A stretch of DNA of 64,000 nt from Candidatus Uhrbacteria bacterium CG10_big_fil_rev_8_21_14_0_10_48_16 (GCA_002793515.1 PFEU01000006.1:10802-74801); one strand, 5' to 3'; positions 7,920 to 19,080 are shown, numbered from the stretch's first letter. Notes: generated by a model from the letters alone, not told the origin. Made by a program: numbers and translations.

Positions 7920-8876
7920 ATGTTGACAAACATCCTTTTGATTATCGGTGGCTTTTACGTATTGATTAAGGGAGCGGATTATCTTGTTGGTGGATCTTCT
8001 TCTTTAGCTCGTCGTCTCGGTGTGCCTGCACTCGTTGTTGGATTGACGGTTGTGGCGTTTGGAACGTCAGCTCCTGAGCTTTTCGTGAACGTGATTGCCG
8101 CACTTAATGGATCAACGGACATTGCTATCGGAAACGTTCTGGGAAGTAACCTTGCAAACATCCTTCTTATTTTGGGGATTACCGCCATCATCGCTCCATT
8201 AACGCTAAAGAGTAGTACGGTTTGGAAAGAGATTCCGTTTAGTTTATTAGCGTCGGGTATTTTGGTCGTGCTTGGAGCTGATATGTTTCTTGAGGGGGCA
8301 GTGGGTGGTTCACTAGGACGCATTGATGGAATCGTCTTATGGGGATTCTTCTTTATCTTTCTTGTCTATACATTTGGGATTCGTGAACCAGGAGAACAGC
8401 CAGAGGAAAAAATCGAACAGATGCCACTGTTTAAAACAATCATCTCTATTGTTGGAGGATTTGTTGCGTTGGCGATTGGAGGGCAGTTTGTTGTGACAGG
8501 CGCATCGGCAATTGCCTTCTCATTAGGAATCAGTGAAAATCTTATTGCGCTCACCATTGTTGCGATTGGAACATCCCTTCCAGAACTTGTTTCAAGTATT
8601 GTGGCAGCGAGAAAAGGCCATCAAGATATTGCGATTGGAAACGTTGTGGGATCGAATATTTTTAACATTCTATTTGTCCTCTCAACAACGGCGGTTATCG
8701 CCCCACTTCCGTTTAGTGCCGTTAACATGACGGATGCGTTTGTTGTTGTGACGGCCACATTGCTGATGTTCTTCTTATTGTTTGTTGGAAAGCGTCAGTC
8801 ACTCCATCGATTTGAGGGATCCATCTTTATCCTGATGTACATCGGCTTCCTTGTATTTGCTATTGTGCGTGGATAA
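7920..8876 (+). CDS. Ca2+/cation antiporter (CaCA family, YrbG-like Na+/Ca2+ exchanger).
   Basis: Two alpha-repeat signatures, GTSAPELFVNVIAA and GTSLPELVSSIVAA, each followed by an IAIGNV(L/V)GSN motif. About 10 TM segments. Confidence 0.8.
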   Translation: MLTNILLIIGGFYVLIKGADYLVGGSSSLARRLGVPALVVGLTVVAFGTSAPELFVNVIAALNGSTDIAIGNVLGSNLANILLILGITAIIAPLTLKSSTVWKEIPFSLLASGILVVLGADMFLEGAVGGSLGRIDGIVLWGFFFIFLVYTFGIREPGEQPEEKIEQMPLFKTIISIVGGFVALAIGGQFVVTGASAIAFSLGISENLIALTIVAIGTSLPELVSSIVAARKGHQDIAIGNVVGSNIFNILFVLSTTAVIAPLPFSAVNMTDAFVVVTATLLMFFLLFVGKRQSLHRFEGSIFILMYIGFLVFAIVRG

Positions 8877-8938
8877 GTTCTAGAAAAGAGGGTTTTTCCC
8901 CTCTTTTCAATTTGGGCTTTGCCCAGTAAGCTGAGGTC

Positions 8939-10714
8939 ATGGATCCAAAAGATGAAATTAAACAAAAGCTCGATATTCTCGATTTGGTAGGGGAGTATGT
9001 CGTGCTAAAACCTTCTGGTTCAACAGGATTTAAGGGGCTTTGTCCATTTCATTCTGAGAAGTCGCCTTCTTTTCATGTCTCCCAAGACCGCCAAAATTGG
9101 CATTGTTTTGGGTGTAACGAAGGAGGGGACTGTTTTAGTTTTGTCATGAAGATTGAGGGGATGACATTTCCTGAGGCTTTGATGCATTTGGGAAAAAAGA
9201 CGGGAGTTGAAATCCGTCGTTTGCCAACCACGCAGAGTAATGTGCGAGCGCGTATGCTCATGATCAATGATCTCGCTCAGAAGTTTTATCGCAAGGTGTT
9301 GTTAGAGTCTACGAAAGCAATTAGCGCCCGATCATACGTGACATCACGAAATATCCCTCCTGAGTTAGCAGATCGATTCGGGCTTGGGTTTGCTCCTGAT
9401 GAATGGGATACGCTTTCTCAATTTTTGTTGAAGAGAGGTTTTTCAGAAACAGAAATCGTACAGGCAGGGATGAGTTTGAAGCGAAAGAAGGGGACCGGAG
9501 TGATCGATCGTTTTCGCAATCGACTTATGATTCCTTTGCGTGATCACCATGGAAACACCGTTGGGTTCACTGGGCGAAGCATGCCCGGAGATGAGCAGGG
9601 GCCGAAGTACATGAACTCCCCTGAAACACCCGTGTATTCAAAAAGCCATGTGTTGTACGGACTTGATCTGGCAAAGCGTTCTGCGCGGGATGAGGGAAGT
9701 ATCATCATCGTCGAGGGGAACTTGGACGTGATTGCTTCTCATAAGGCGGGAGTTGAGCACATTGTGGCGTCCTCAGGAACCGCATTCACGCAGGATCAAC
9801 TCGAACTATTAAAACGTTATACACAGACCATTATTTTTGCGTTTGACGCAGACGCGGCAGGATTCAAGGCAGCAAAGAAGGGGATTAGTTTAGCCCGTGC
9901 GCTTGGGTTTGATATTCGTGCGGTAATTTTGCCGGATGGGGTGAAGGATCCAGATGATCTTGTTCAGAAAGATCCGTCTCTTTGGAAGAGTCTCGTGACG
10001 AGTTCTCAGCCAATCATGGAGTTTCTTATTTCTCAGATTACTCGCGGGAAGGATCTTCGAAATATCGATGATAAACGGTTTGTGGCAAAAGAACTTTTAC
10101 CGGCTTTAGGAGAGATGGTCTCCGTGGTCGAGCGAGAGCATTGGCTTCAAGTGGTCGCTGATCTTCTTCAAACACCTATTGATCAACTTCGTCCTTCCAT
10201 TCCTACGTCTTCGTTGGTTGAGGCGGTGGTGATTTCTGAAAAACCAAGTCCTATGGAGAAACAACTCTCGAAGGAAGAGAAGGCTCTGTGCTTGTTATTT
10301 GGTCAGATGATCTCATCAGAAGATATTTTTGATACATTTCGTAAGCGTTTAGAAAAAGTCTGTCATGGGAATGAAGCATGGATGACCCTTTACACATTGG
10401 CCTCTGACACGTATGATTCAGGAAGTCAACCAGCACAAAAATCATTTTTTTTGCGGATTCGGGACATGTTAGCCGGCCATCCAAAGCAAGATTCCCTCGA
10501 GGAACTTCTTGATTCATCATCATTTATGGCCGATGAGACATTTCAAGACTTACCGCCACAAAAGGTGTTGGAATATATCGACCATCTCTTTTCTCTGCTT
10601 GAAGAACATGCCCAAGGACAACGACGAGAAGTTCTTGCTCGCAACCTTCGACAGGCTGAAGCAATGGGAGACAAGGAGGCTGTCTCTCGCTTGCTCGCTC
10701 AATTAAACGAATAA
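8939..10714 (+). CDS. dnaG: DNA primase.
   Basis: CHC2 zinc finger ([30 protein letters not shown]). TOPRIM region ([12 protein letters not shown]...FAFDADAAG). SD-like GAGGT before the ATG. Confidence 0.9.
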   Translation: MDPKDEIKQKLDILDLVGEYVVLKPSGSTGFKGLCPFHSEKSPSFHVSQDRQNWHCFGCNEGGDCFSFVMKIEGMTFPEALMHLGKKTGVEIRRLPTTQSNVRARMLMINDLAQKFYRKVLLESTKAISARSYVTSRNIPPELADRFGLGFAPDEWDTLSQFLLKRGFSETEIVQAGMSLKRKKGTGVIDRFRNRLMIPLRDHHGNTVGFTGRSMPGDEQGPKYMNSPETPVYSKSHVLYGLDLAKRSARDEGSIIIVEGNLDVIASHKAGVEHIVASSGTAFTQDQLELLKRYTQTIIFAFDADAAGFKAAKKGISLARALGFDIRAVILPDGVKDPDDLVQKDPSLWKSLVTSSQPIMEFLISQITRGKDLRNIDDKRFVAKELLPALGEMVSVVEREHWLQVVADLLQTPIDQLRPSIPTSSLVEAVVISEKPSPMEKQLSKEEKALCLLFGQMISSEDIFDTFRKRLEKVCHGNEAWMTLYTLASDTYDSGSQPAQKSFFLRIRDMLAGHPKQDSLEELLDSSSFMADETFQDLPPQKVLEYIDHLFSLLEEHAQGQRREVLARNLRQAEAMGDKEAVSRLLAQLNE

Positions 10715-10745
10715 GCGCCATCGTGCGCCAATTTTTCATTCAGTT

Positions 10746-12050
10746 TTGCGTATGCCGACCAAAAAATCTGGCAAAGCCCAAAAAGGGTCCGCTGGAAAGA
10801 CAACTAAAAAGGCCGTAAAGAAGGTTCCTATGAAAACGAAACCTTCGGGAAAGAAAGCGACGAAAGTTGTCGTGAAGAAAAAAACAGCTCCAGCAAAATC
10901 TGCAAAAAAGATTGTTGCTCCGGTAAACGTCAGAGGTCCAAAGGTTCGTTATAAGCGTGCCGAAGCTCCTTCTCAAGACATTCTTGATCGATTGGTTCAA
11001 AAGGGAATGCGTCGTGGATACATTACCGAGAATGAACTGTTGTTTACGTTTACACAGATCGAAGATTACTTAAAAGAATTTGAGGATTTTCTTGACGAGC
11101 TCGAACGTGTTGGAGTGCATTTTGTAGAAGTAAAAGAAGGTATTTTAGGACGGGCCAAGGAACGTGATGATGTGTATGAGAAGATCCGTATGAGCGAAGA
11201 TGCTCGTCGGGTTCCGTTACCTGAAATTACGCAGGATTCGATTCAGATGTACTTGAGGGAGATTGGAAAGATTCCGCTTTTGACCGGTGAGCAAGAGGTT
11301 GGATTGGCGAAACGAAAGGAACGAAACGAGAAAGAAGCGGAACGACGTCTGATTGAAGCCAACCTTCGATTGGTTGTCTCGATTGCGAAGAAGTTTGTGG
11401 GAAAGTCCATGTCTCTTCTGGATCTTATTCAAGAAGGAAACATCGGACTCTTTCGTGCGGTCAAAAAGTTCGAATATCGAAAAGGCTATAAGTTCTCAAC
11501 GTATGCGACGTGGTGGATCCGTCAGGCGATTACGCGTGCGCTTGCCGATCAATCTCGAACCATTCGTATTCCGGTTCACATGGTTGAGACGATCAACAAG
11601 TTTCAACAGATTGAGCGTCAGCTCATTCAAGACCTAGGTCGTGAACCACTGGCAGAAGAAATTGCGGCCGAGATGGGGCAACCCGTTGATAAGGTCCGTC
11701 ACATCCGAAAGATTTCTCAGGATACGGTTTCGCTTGAGACGAGTGTGGGAGATGATGACGAGGATTCAAAACTGGAAGATTTCCTTGAAGACGTCAAAAC
11801 TATTTCTCCAGACAGAAATGCTGCACGAGAACTTTTGAAGGATTACGTAAACCAGTCCATGCAGGAGCTCACTCCGCGTGAGCAAAAGATTCTTGAAATG
11901 CGTTTTGGATTAATTGATGGAGTCAGTCATACCCTCGAGGAAGTTGGTCGAGAGTTTGATGTGACGCGCGAACGTATCCGTCAGATTGAAGCCAAGGCGT
12001 TGGAAAAGATCCAAGCCAATCCTCTTATCGAAAAGTTGAGAGATTATTAA
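10746..12050 (+). CDS. rpoD: RNA polymerase primary sigma factor (sigma-70 family) with a Lys-rich N-terminal extension.
   Basis: Region 2 ([42 protein letters not shown]), region 3 and region 4 (ILEMRFGL...[24 protein letters not shown]). Classic dnaG-rpoD linkage. Confidence 0.9.
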   Translation: MRMPTKKSGKAQKGSAGKTTKKAVKKVPMKTKPSGKKATKVVVKKKTAPAKSAKKIVAPVNVRGPKVRYKRAEAPSQDILDRLVQKGMRRGYITENELLFTFTQIEDYLKEFEDFLDELERVGVHFVEVKEGILGRAKERDDVYEKIRMSEDARRVPLPEITQDSIQMYLREIGKIPLLTGEQEVGLAKRKERNEKEAERRLIEANLRLVVSIAKKFVGKSMSLLDLIQEGNIGLFRAVKKFEYRKGYKFSTYATWWIRQAITRALADQSRTIRIPVHMVETINKFQQIERQLIQDLGREPLAEEIAAEMGQPVDKVRHIRKISQDTVSLETSVGDDDEDSKLEDFLEDVKTISPDRNAARELLKDYVNQSMQELTPREQKILEMRFGLIDGVSHTLEEVGREFDVTRERIRQIEAKALEKIQANPLIEKLRDY

Positions 12051-12053
12051 AGA

Positions 12054-12080
12054 AAACAGGCCTTCGGGCCTGTTTTTTGT
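12054..12080 (+). terminator. Rho-independent terminator after rpoD.
   Basis: acaggcc-ttcg-ggcctgt hairpin followed by TTTTTTG. Confidence 0.6.
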
Positions 12081-12154
12081 TTGACCAGATAAACATCTTA
12101 TGGCAGGATGCCCCCTCGTAGCATCATGTTGGTGCTCGAGCAAGGGAGAAGTCG

Positions 12155-13264
12155 ATGAAGTCTCATACGCTGGCGTTTTTGACACTGTTCGCTGTCGCTG
12201 CTGTTGCTGTCGCCCTGTGGGGTACCAACAACGATCCGCACCGTGACGCGGTGACCCCTTCGGAAGTGCTCATGATGGTGTGCATCGAGGGGGAGGAGTG
12301 CACGATCCAGATCGGTGACCGAAGCCTCGAAGACCTCGAGGACCTCACGGGTCAGGAGATCTACGCCTTCGCCCAGAAGTTCGATCACGACTGGCGGGAG
12401 AACTCGCAGTCCCAGGTCGAGCCGTTCTTGCTCGCGAATCTCTACCTGGTCGCAGGACAGGACTTCGCGCCGGCCTACGTGAGCTACAACGCTCTCATCA
12501 GTGAGATGCTTCAACGCCATCCCAACGACGTCGAAGTGTATGGAGCGCTCCACATCCTGACCATCCAGGAGTGGGTGGCCTCTCGGTCCCCCCAGATCAT
12601 CGAGGGGATGCAGAAGCTTTACGTGCACGGCAAGGAGCGCCTGGAGGCTGAGGGCTTCGACACGTCTCGTCGGTACCAGGCGGGCGATCAACCTCTTCTT
12701 CGCACGCTTGCGTGCGGGGAACACGTGCCCTGCGTGCTCGCACTCGCCACGCTGGCGGATCAACTTCAGACTTCAGATCGGGGTCTGTGGGCGATGCACT
12801 CGGGGGATGCCCTGATGTCATGCCACACGTGTGGCGACGATCCGGTGACGCTCGAGGAGACCATCTACGATCCATCGTCGGCATGGTTCTTCTACCATCT
12901 CGCTGGTCTCTCTGACGCAACCAAGGCATCCGAGGAGATGGCCAACATCACGCTCACGGCTTCGCTCATGATCGAGCCCTTCAAGGAGCTCAGCGTCTGT
13001 CAGAGGGTCTACGTGACCGACCTGCAGGCGACCCACTCCGTCCATGAGCTGGTGGATCTCTCCATCGCCTGGCAGAGGGAGGCTGGGATCAATGCGCTCC
13101 AGGGGGGAGAACTCCTCCGTCGGGCGGCTGACCTTGCCGAGCAGAACAGTCGGCCTGATGTTGCGGTCATCATCCGCGAGCATCTGCAACCGGTCGAACC
13201 TGAGTACAAGAACCCTTCCTGGGTGCTTCCTGAAGCAGGGACTCCCATCACCTTCGACCTCTAG
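12155..13264 (+). CDS. High-GC exported hypothetical protein (signal peptide; compositionally foreign).
   Basis: N-terminal signal MKSHTLAFLTLFAVAAVAVALWG. Strong GC3 bias (ctc gag gac ctc acg ggt cag gag atc tac gcc ...). SD AGGGAGAAG before the ATG. No recognizable domain. Confidence 0.6.
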   Translation: MKSHTLAFLTLFAVAAVAVALWGTNNDPHRDAVTPSEVLMMVCIEGEECTIQIGDRSLEDLEDLTGQEIYAFAQKFDHDWRENSQSQVEPFLLANLYLVAGQDFAPAYVSYNALISEMLQRHPNDVEVYGALHILTIQEWVASRSPQIIEGMQKLYVHGKERLEAEGFDTSRRYQAGDQPLLRTLACGEHVPCVLALATLADQLQTSDRGLWAMHSGDALMSCHTCGDDPVTLEETIYDPSSAWFFYHLAGLSDATKASEEMANITLTASLMIEPFKELSVCQRVYVTDLQATHSVHELVDLSIAWQREAGINALQGGELLRRAADLAEQNSRPDVAVIIREHLQPVEPEYKNPSWVLPEAGTPITFDL

Positions 13265-13276
13265 TCTAGGTCGACG

Positions 13277-13301
13277 CGCCGTCACTTCGTGGCGGTTTTT
13301 T
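13277..13301 (+). terminator. Rho-independent terminator after the high-GC gene.
   Basis: cgccgtcac-ttcg-tggcgg hairpin followed by TTTTTTCTTT. Confidence 0.5.
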
Positions 13302-13340
13302 CTTTGCGCCAGCCTTATTTTTCGGTATAATAGTGCCACT

Positions 13341-15167
13341 ATGAAATTACCTCGTCGCTGGTGGCTGTGGGCCATCTCTCTCTTCGTCATTGGAGTTATT
13401 GGATATGCCGTTTTGAAACCGGAAGTACCGGTTGCGTATGTCACAGAAGTAGTTGAGCGTGAGGATCTCGTGCAAACCGTTGATGCAAACGGAGAAGTTG
13501 TGTCGCTTGATGAAGTTGATCTTTCGTTCGATCTGTCTGGAACCGTTGCTTCGATTTTTGTGCGTGTGGGGGATGCGGTTGGCATCGGCGACCTTCTTGC
13601 GATTCTTGAGACAAACGAATTATCCGCAGATGTTCAAAGTGCCTATCAAGCCGTGCAAATCGCTCAGGGAAATCTTGATGCGCAGAGAGCCGGGTCTTCT
13701 GAGGAGACGATTGCTATTTCGCAAGCCTCTTTGTCTTCGGCAGAAGTGGCCTATGAGAATGCCTTCGCGTTGAGGGACTATGTCGAGACCGTTTATGATG
13801 CGGATGTGCGTGTGCAAGCGACGGCCCTTACAACCGCTTCAGATAACCTCTCTCAGACCCTGGTAGAAAATGATTATGTGATTTCTGATGCGTATGACGA
13901 TCTTCTTGGGTCCGTATGGGCTGGGGTGATTGAAGCACGAAGTGCGTATGCAAAAGGGGATGAGATTTTAGGGGTCTATAATTCGACGTTGAATGATGAT
14001 TATCAAAATCTTCTTTCTGCAGGGAACGCTTCTGCGATCGAATCTGCAAAGACGTTGCTCATCTCGCTTCATACGGTTCTTCCTTCCGCGGAGGATGCTG
14101 TTATCTCTGCACAATCCGGATCTTCTAGTGCGATTGCTCTGGCAGCAGAAGAAGTTGATACGGCTCTTGCTGACTCGGCGATGATGTTGCTGTACATTCG
14201 ATCTGCTGTTTCGGCAATGCCCGCAACAGGAGACTTAAGTGTGAGCGAGGCAACAGCTCTTGCGACCTCAATCGATACCGCTCGATCAGCGGTTCAAGCT
14301 GATCAGATTGCTCTCACAACAGCTCTTCAATCTGTGCAAGATGCGCTAACGACATCAAGCGAGAATCTTGAAGATGCCCAAAACGCCTTATCTCAAGCTC
14401 AAGCGTCTTATGACGCAACGGTTGCGACACGGAATTATCAAATCATCATGGCGGATCAAGCGATTTCTTCTGCTGAGTCTGTGCGAACGCTTCGAGAAGC
14501 GGAGCTTGCGCAGGCACAAGCTATTCCACGAACGGTTGATCTTGCGTCGTATGAGGCAGATGTCGCACGAGCACAAGCATCCTATGCCTCAGCCCAAGCA
14601 CGTCTTGCAAAAGCGGAAATACACTCACCGATCATCGGAGACATTACAGATATTACGATTGAACCTGGAGAACAGGTTATGGCATCGAATGCGATTATTA
14701 CGGTTCAGACGACCCAAGAACAATTCGAGATTATCGCAGATGTGAGTGAGTCTGATATTGCCAAGTTGGAAGTGGGAGATGTTGCCCTTCTGACGTTCGA
14801 TGCCTTTGGATCCTCTCGCGCACTGAACGGGACGGTACGTAAAATCGATCCAGCAGAGAAACTGATTGAGGGGGTTGTCTATTATGAGGTTATGGTGTCG
14901 TTGGATGTGGTTGATCAGGAGCTCGCCTTGCGTCCAGGTCTGTCGGCGGATCTCATTTTTACGACAAACTTTGTTGAACAAGCGTTAACTGTTTCCCAAC
15001 GCGCCCTATTTGAACGAGAAGATGTGATGTATGTTCGTGTGCTTAGAGATGGGGAACCAGAGGAACGAGCGGTTACGACAGGTCTTCGTGGAGACCTCGG
15101 TCGTATTGAGATACTTTCAGGTCTTGAAGTCGGTGAAGAAGTTATTATTCGTGAACTCACGCAATAG
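13341..15167 (+). CDS. Efflux periplasmic adaptor (HlyD/MacA family membrane fusion protein).
   Basis: N-terminal TM (WWLWAISLFVIGVIGYAVL). Long Ala/Gln-rich coiled-coil. C-terminal beta-barrel/lipoyl-like part (EIHSPIIGDITDITIEPGEQV...). TATAAT (13326-13331) lies 9 nt before the ATG. The ORF-track N-terminus (13044-) is out-of-context read-through. Confidence 0.8.
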   Translation: MKLPRRWWLWAISLFVIGVIGYAVLKPEVPVAYVTEVVEREDLVQTVDANGEVVSLDEVDLSFDLSGTVASIFVRVGDAVGIGDLLAILETNELSADVQSAYQAVQIAQGNLDAQRAGSSEETIAISQASLSSAEVAYENAFALRDYVETVYDADVRVQATALTTASDNLSQTLVENDYVISDAYDDLLGSVWAGVIEARSAYAKGDEILGVYNSTLNDDYQNLLSAGNASAIESAKTLLISLHTVLPSAEDAVISAQSGSSSAIALAAEEVDTALADSAMMLLYIRSAVSAMPATGDLSVSEATALATSIDTARSAVQADQIALTTALQSVQDALTTSSENLEDAQNALSQAQASYDATVATRNYQIIMADQAISSAESVRTLREAELAQAQAIPRTVDLASYEADVARAQASYASAQARLAKAEIHSPIIGDITDITIEPGEQVMASNAIITVQTTQEQFEIIADVSESDIAKLEVGDVALLTFDAFGSSRALNGTVRKIDPAEKLIEGVVYYEVMVSLDVVDQELALRPGLSADLIFTTNFVEQALTVSQRALFEREDVMYVRVLRDGEPEERAVTTGLRGDLGRIEILSGLEVGEEVIIRELTQ

Positions 15168-15170
15168 ATC

Positions 15171-15887
15171 ATGGACAAGCCTTTGATCCAATGCGAAAAC
15201 CTCACGCGTGATTACGTAAATGGGGATGTGACAACACGTGCATTACGTGGGGTGAGTTTTCAGATTCAGGAAGGGGAGTTTGTGGCGATTATGGGGCCCT
15301 CTGGTTCTGGAAAGTCGACCTTCATGCATGTGCTTGGATTTTTGGATACGTATACGAATGGGTTGTATACCTTTGAAGGAGAAGACGTTCGAGCGTTTAC
15401 CGAGGATGAACTCGCAAAGTTTCGCCAAGATCGCGTGGGGTTCATTTTTCAGGCTTTTAATCTTTTAAGTAAGTCCACGGTGTATCAAAACATCATGCTT
15501 CCGTTGGTATATGGATCATTGACCCCAGATGAACGGAAGAAGCGTACCGTGAACGCCATTAAACAGGTTTCCATGGAGCATCGTCAGAATCATTTTTCGA
15601 ACCAATTATCTGGAGGGGAAAAGCAACGTGTGGCGATTGCACGCGCACTTGCGAATGAACCTTCCGTCATTTTTGCGGATGAACCGACTGGAAACCTGGA
15701 TACAAAAACGGGAGGACAAATTTTAGATCTCTTGGGAGATCTGCATGATCAAGGACATACGATAGTCATGGTAACGCATGAGCAGGAGGCCGCTGAATAT
15801 GCGTCGCGTATTATTCGCATGCGAGATGGGCTTATTGAGTCAGATTCCTCAAATGGAAAGAAGCGTAGAGGGGGCTATTCAAAATAG
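15171..15887 (+). CDS. ABC transporter ATP-binding protein (MacB/LolD-type).
   Basis: Walker [10 protein letters not shown]; signature [15 protein letters not shown]; Walker [13 protein letters not shown]; H-loop VMVTHE. Confidence 0.85.
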   Translation: MDKPLIQCENLTRDYVNGDVTTRALRGVSFQIQEGEFVAIMGPSGSGKSTFMHVLGFLDTYTNGLYTFEGEDVRAFTEDELAKFRQDRVGFIFQAFNLLSKSTVYQNIMLPLVYGSLTPDERKKRTVNAIKQVSMEHRQNHFSNQLSGGEKQRVAIARALANEPSVIFADEPTGNLDTKTGGQILDLLGDLHDQGHTIVMVTHEQEAAEYASRIIRMRDGLIESDSSNGKKRRGGYSK

Positions 15888-15889
15888 AT

Positions 15890-17140
15890 TTGCTAAGTAT
15901 GCGATACCAAGATCTTTTTGCCACAGCATCAGAGTCCCTCTTCCGTACAAAATCGCGTTCTCTTTTAACGATTCTCGGGATTGTAATTGGGATTGCTGCC
16001 GTGATCCTGATGCTCTCGATTGGGCAAGGCGCAGAACGATTTATTTTGTCCGAGGTCGCTGATCTTGGAGCTGACCTTGTTTTTGTAGAACCTGCGAGTG
16101 GAGATCCTACGTCTGGCCCCCCAAGTCCATTTATCGAGCAAACCATGACGCTTCAAGACGCGGATGAAATGAGCCGATCAGGCTTGTTTACGGTTGTCTC
16201 ACCTACACTTGTGAGCACGGTCCCCGTGACCTTTGGAGAAGTGAATGACTTTCTTCAAATTCAAGGGGTAGATAGTTCATTTATTGATCTCTTTCCAGGG
16301 GAATTGCGATATGGATCATATCTTGAAGAATCGGATATTGATTCCTACGCAAAGGTGGCGGTCATCGGAAGCGAGGTTGCCGAAGATTTTTTCGGAGATA
16401 GAAATCCGGTTGGGGAGCGCATTAAGATCAAATCAAATTCGTATCGAGTCATTGGGGTTTTTGAAGAACAAGGCACACGTTTTTTTCAGAATCTTGATAA
16501 ACAAGTGAGTATTCCTGTTACGACGATGCAACGGGATGTCTTGGCAGTGGAATACGTCAATTATATTACGGCTCGTGTCCCTTCTGGAGCTGAGATAGAA
16601 AACGTGAAGGAGGATCTTCGGTATTTGATGCGAGATGTTCACGATATAGATAATCCAGAAGGCGATCCGGCGCTCGATGACTTTTTTGTGAGTTCACAAG
16701 ATGATGCAACCGAGACCATCGGCATGGTGGGGAACGTCCTGACGATTCTGTTGTCATCTATTGCGGCAATTTCTTTGGTGGTGGGAGGAATTGGGATCAT
16801 GAATATTATGCTGGTTTCTGTGACAGAACGTACCCGTGAGATTGGATTACGAAAGGCTGTTGGAGCTACGTATAAAGAAATTCTCCAGCAGTTTCTGGTG
16901 GAATCTGTTTTACTTACCTTATTTGGGGGGCTTATCGGGGTGCTTGTCGGTTCACTTGTTTCGTATGCGGTGGGGTGGGTATTAGTTCAGTTTTTTCTTC
17001 CGACATGGACCATTGTTATTCCCTTAAATGCGGTATTTTTAGGGGCAGCTGTTTCCACGGTGGTCGGTCTTGTATTTGGGATCTATCCTGCGCGAAGTGC
17101 TGCGCGATTAAATCCCATTGATGCTCTGAGATACGAATAG
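15890..17140 (+). CDS. ABC transporter permease (MacB/FtsX-like, with a large extracytoplasmic domain).
   Basis: N-terminal TM, then a ~220-aa extracytoplasmic domain, then a C-terminal FtsX-type 3-TM bundle (LLSSIAAISLVVGGIGIMNIMLVSVTERTREIGLRKAVGA). Confidence 0.8.
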   Translation: MLSMRYQDLFATASESLFRTKSRSLLTILGIVIGIAAVILMLSIGQGAERFILSEVADLGADLVFVEPASGDPTSGPPSPFIEQTMTLQDADEMSRSGLFTVVSPTLVSTVPVTFGEVNDFLQIQGVDSSFIDLFPGELRYGSYLEESDIDSYAKVAVIGSEVAEDFFGDRNPVGERIKIKSNSYRVIGVFEEQGTRFFQNLDKQVSIPVTTMQRDVLAVEYVNYITARVPSGAEIENVKEDLRYLMRDVHDIDNPEGDPALDDFFVSSQDDATETIGMVGNVLTILLSSIAAISLVVGGIGIMNIMLVSVTERTREIGLRKAVGATYKEILQQFLVESVLLTLFGGLIGVLVGSLVSYAVGWVLVQFFLPTWTIVIPLNAVFLGAAVSTVVGLVFGIYPARSAARLNPIDALRYE

Positions 17141-17160
17141 ACTCTTTTTTGATAAAACGG

Positions 17161-17196
17161 TTGACAAAATACCCAAAATAGGGTATTTTTTCTTGT
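17161..17196 (+). promoter_or_regulatory. Candidate sigma-70-type promoter for the high-GC lipoprotein gene.
   Basis: TTGACA (17161-17166), then 17 nt, then a TATTTT-like -10. An SD GAGGTG sits 7 nt before ATG 17248. Confidence 0.35.
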
Positions 17197-17247
17197 TCAT
17201 ATCGGGGAAAAAGCCCTGTGTGACACGTTCCTTCCACGAGGTGAGAC

Positions 17248-19053
17248 ATGAAGTACCTGTTCCTTCTCCTGCTGACGGCCCTGATCGGCTGTCAGTCCTC
17301 GAGTGACCGCGAGGTCGCTCAGGAAGTCACGATCAAGGCGCCCGCTCCGGCTCCGCGCGCTCCCCGGGTCGACGAGACCTTCATGAACGAACGTCACGTC
17401 TCGGCGTGGCGCGCTGAGATCGCGGTCGCGATCGAAGAGGATGCTTCGACCGTCCACCCCCGCGACATGTGGCGCTACACCAGTGAGTTCCGCATCGGTG
17501 GCAACGGTCCGGATCCCTACATCGGCGACCCCGATGTCTGGAGCCCCACCTGGACGCCGTTCGATCACCAGGCCACCACCGACGCCGACGTCACCCAGAC
17601 CATCGAAGAGGCCAAGCGCCTCGAGATGATCGACCAGAAGTGGCCGTCTGCGCAGATCTACGCCCAGCTCGGTGACATGGCCTCCGCCAACCGCTGTGCC
17701 AAGAAGCTCTTCGACGAGGGGAGCTACAAGGCCTCCGCCATGGTGGCAGTGCTGACCGGCGACGAGGCCATGATGAAGGCTTCGACCACCAAGATGATCG
17801 AGCTCGACTGGACCACCAAGACCGTCGAGGTCATCCAGTACGCGGTCGAGATGGACAAGCCTTCGGACGCGCGCTTCATTGCAGAGGTCCACGGCTGGGA
17901 ACTGAGCAACGTCCTGAGTGGCAATGAGCTTCGTCGCATGGCCCTCGCCGGCGACGATGAGATGCTCGTCTTCCTCATCGAGAACGGGCTCAAGGTCTGG
18001 GAATCCGGTGACACCTGGGCGATCAGAGATCACACGGGCGTCGTCGCGGACATCGCGATCCTGGGCAAGACCAACACGGTCAAGGCCCGCGAGTACGCCG
18101 GACGCTTCCTGCGGATCCCGCAGGCGAACGTCTTCATCTGGGATCACTGCGGAGAGGGCTGTTACCTTCAGCCCGTGCGGGGCTCCCTCGAGCTCTACCA
18201 GCTCGTGAAGAGCGATGCGGTCCTTCGGGAGCTCTACTTCTCCCACATCCGCCAGTGGTTCGTCGACACGTTCCCGGCGGAAGCCCGAGTCGATGCGGGT
18301 GATCCCGTGACGCTCGGTGCCCCCGAGTTCCTTCGGGGATTCGGCCTGGACATGTGGGGCAGGGACGGTGGGTACAGGCCGAGCAACCTGCTCTTCACCT
18401 ACCTCTGGCAGGTGCGCCAGTCGGGTGACCCTGAGCTGAAGGCCTTCTGGGTCAAGATGATCGACGCCCTTCCGACGGCGACCAGTGATGATGGCTCGTT
18501 CGCCTTCGAGCGCGAGTTCGGGCGCTACGTCCTCGGACTCCCGTTCAACGCGAGCAACACCAACCTGAACGGGGGCGAGCAGATCGCGCTTGCGACGCTC
18601 CAGGGTCGCCCGGCGCCGGACATGTCTGGCGTCTGGACCATGTGGGGAATCAACCCCCCGCTCGGGTATGAGATCGAGCAGATGAGCTGGCTCTTCCAGT
18701 TCCTGGTGCGCGGGAGCACCTCTTCCGCGCGCGAACAGGAGATCATGGCCGAGCTCGAGCCGATCGAAGGGTTCTCCTTCCAGTTGCAGTTGGTCAACCA
18801 GTTCGGCTCCGCCTTGGAAGCCCACTACGGGACCAACTACAGGGTCGAGGGTCGCCTGAAGTCTGCTGGGAACGCTGTGCGTCTCAACCAGAGCGCCCAG
18901 GCACAGCGCGTCGACCTCGGCCTCCCGCCGATCGACCTCTACCCCGACACCGAAGCCGAGCTGACCGAGCTCCTCGCCCCGAGCCTTGAGCTCATGGCGC
19001 AGAAGCTCCCGGCTCGTCACGCCCGGTTCACCAAGGGGGACATCACCCCCTGA
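17248..19053 (+). CDS. High-GC lipoprotein of unknown function (compositionally foreign).
   Basis: Lipobox LLLTALIG|C after MKYLFLLL. Very high GC3. No recognizable catalytic motif. The opposite-strand 656-aa ORF is a GC-driven shadow. Confidence 0.6.
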   Translation: MKYLFLLLLTALIGCQSSSDREVAQEVTIKAPAPAPRAPRVDETFMNERHVSAWRAEIAVAIEEDASTVHPRDMWRYTSEFRIGGNGPDPYIGDPDVWSPTWTPFDHQATTDADVTQTIEEAKRLEMIDQKWPSAQIYAQLGDMASANRCAKKLFDEGSYKASAMVAVLTGDEAMMKASTTKMIELDWTTKTVEVIQYAVEMDKPSDARFIAEVHGWELSNVLSGNELRRMALAGDDEMLVFLIENGLKVWESGDTWAIRDHTGVVADIAILGKTNTVKAREYAGRFLRIPQANVFIWDHCGEGCYLQPVRGSLELYQLVKSDAVLRELYFSHIRQWFVDTFPAEARVDAGDPVTLGAPEFLRGFGLDMWGRDGGYRPSNLLFTYLWQVRQSGDPELKAFWVKMIDALPTATSDDGSFAFEREFGRYVLGLPFNASNTNLNGGEQIALATLQGRPAPDMSGVWTMWGINPPLGYEIEQMSWLFQFLVRGSTSSAREQEIMAELEPIEGFSFQLQLVNQFGSALEAHYGTNYRVEGRLKSAGNAVRLNQSAQAQRVDLGLPPIDLYPDTEAELTELLAPSLELMAQKLPARHARFTKGDITP

Positions 19054-19080
19054 CACGCGCGTACGCCACGTACGCCACGC

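Noticed and set aside
13044-13340. N-terminal extension of the macA-like ORF reaching back into the high-GC island.
   Set aside because: This is read-through of an open frame across the island terminator. The TATAAT box and the hydrophobic N-terminus (MKLPRRWWLWAISLF) define the start at 13341.
12098-13585. Several overlapping minus-strand ORFs (12098-12763, 12597-12929, 12818-13585, 13009-13251) across high-GC island 1.
   Set aside because: These are shadow ORFs of the GC3-biased + strand gene. Their products are Arg/Pro-rich, and they lack starts, signals and terminators.
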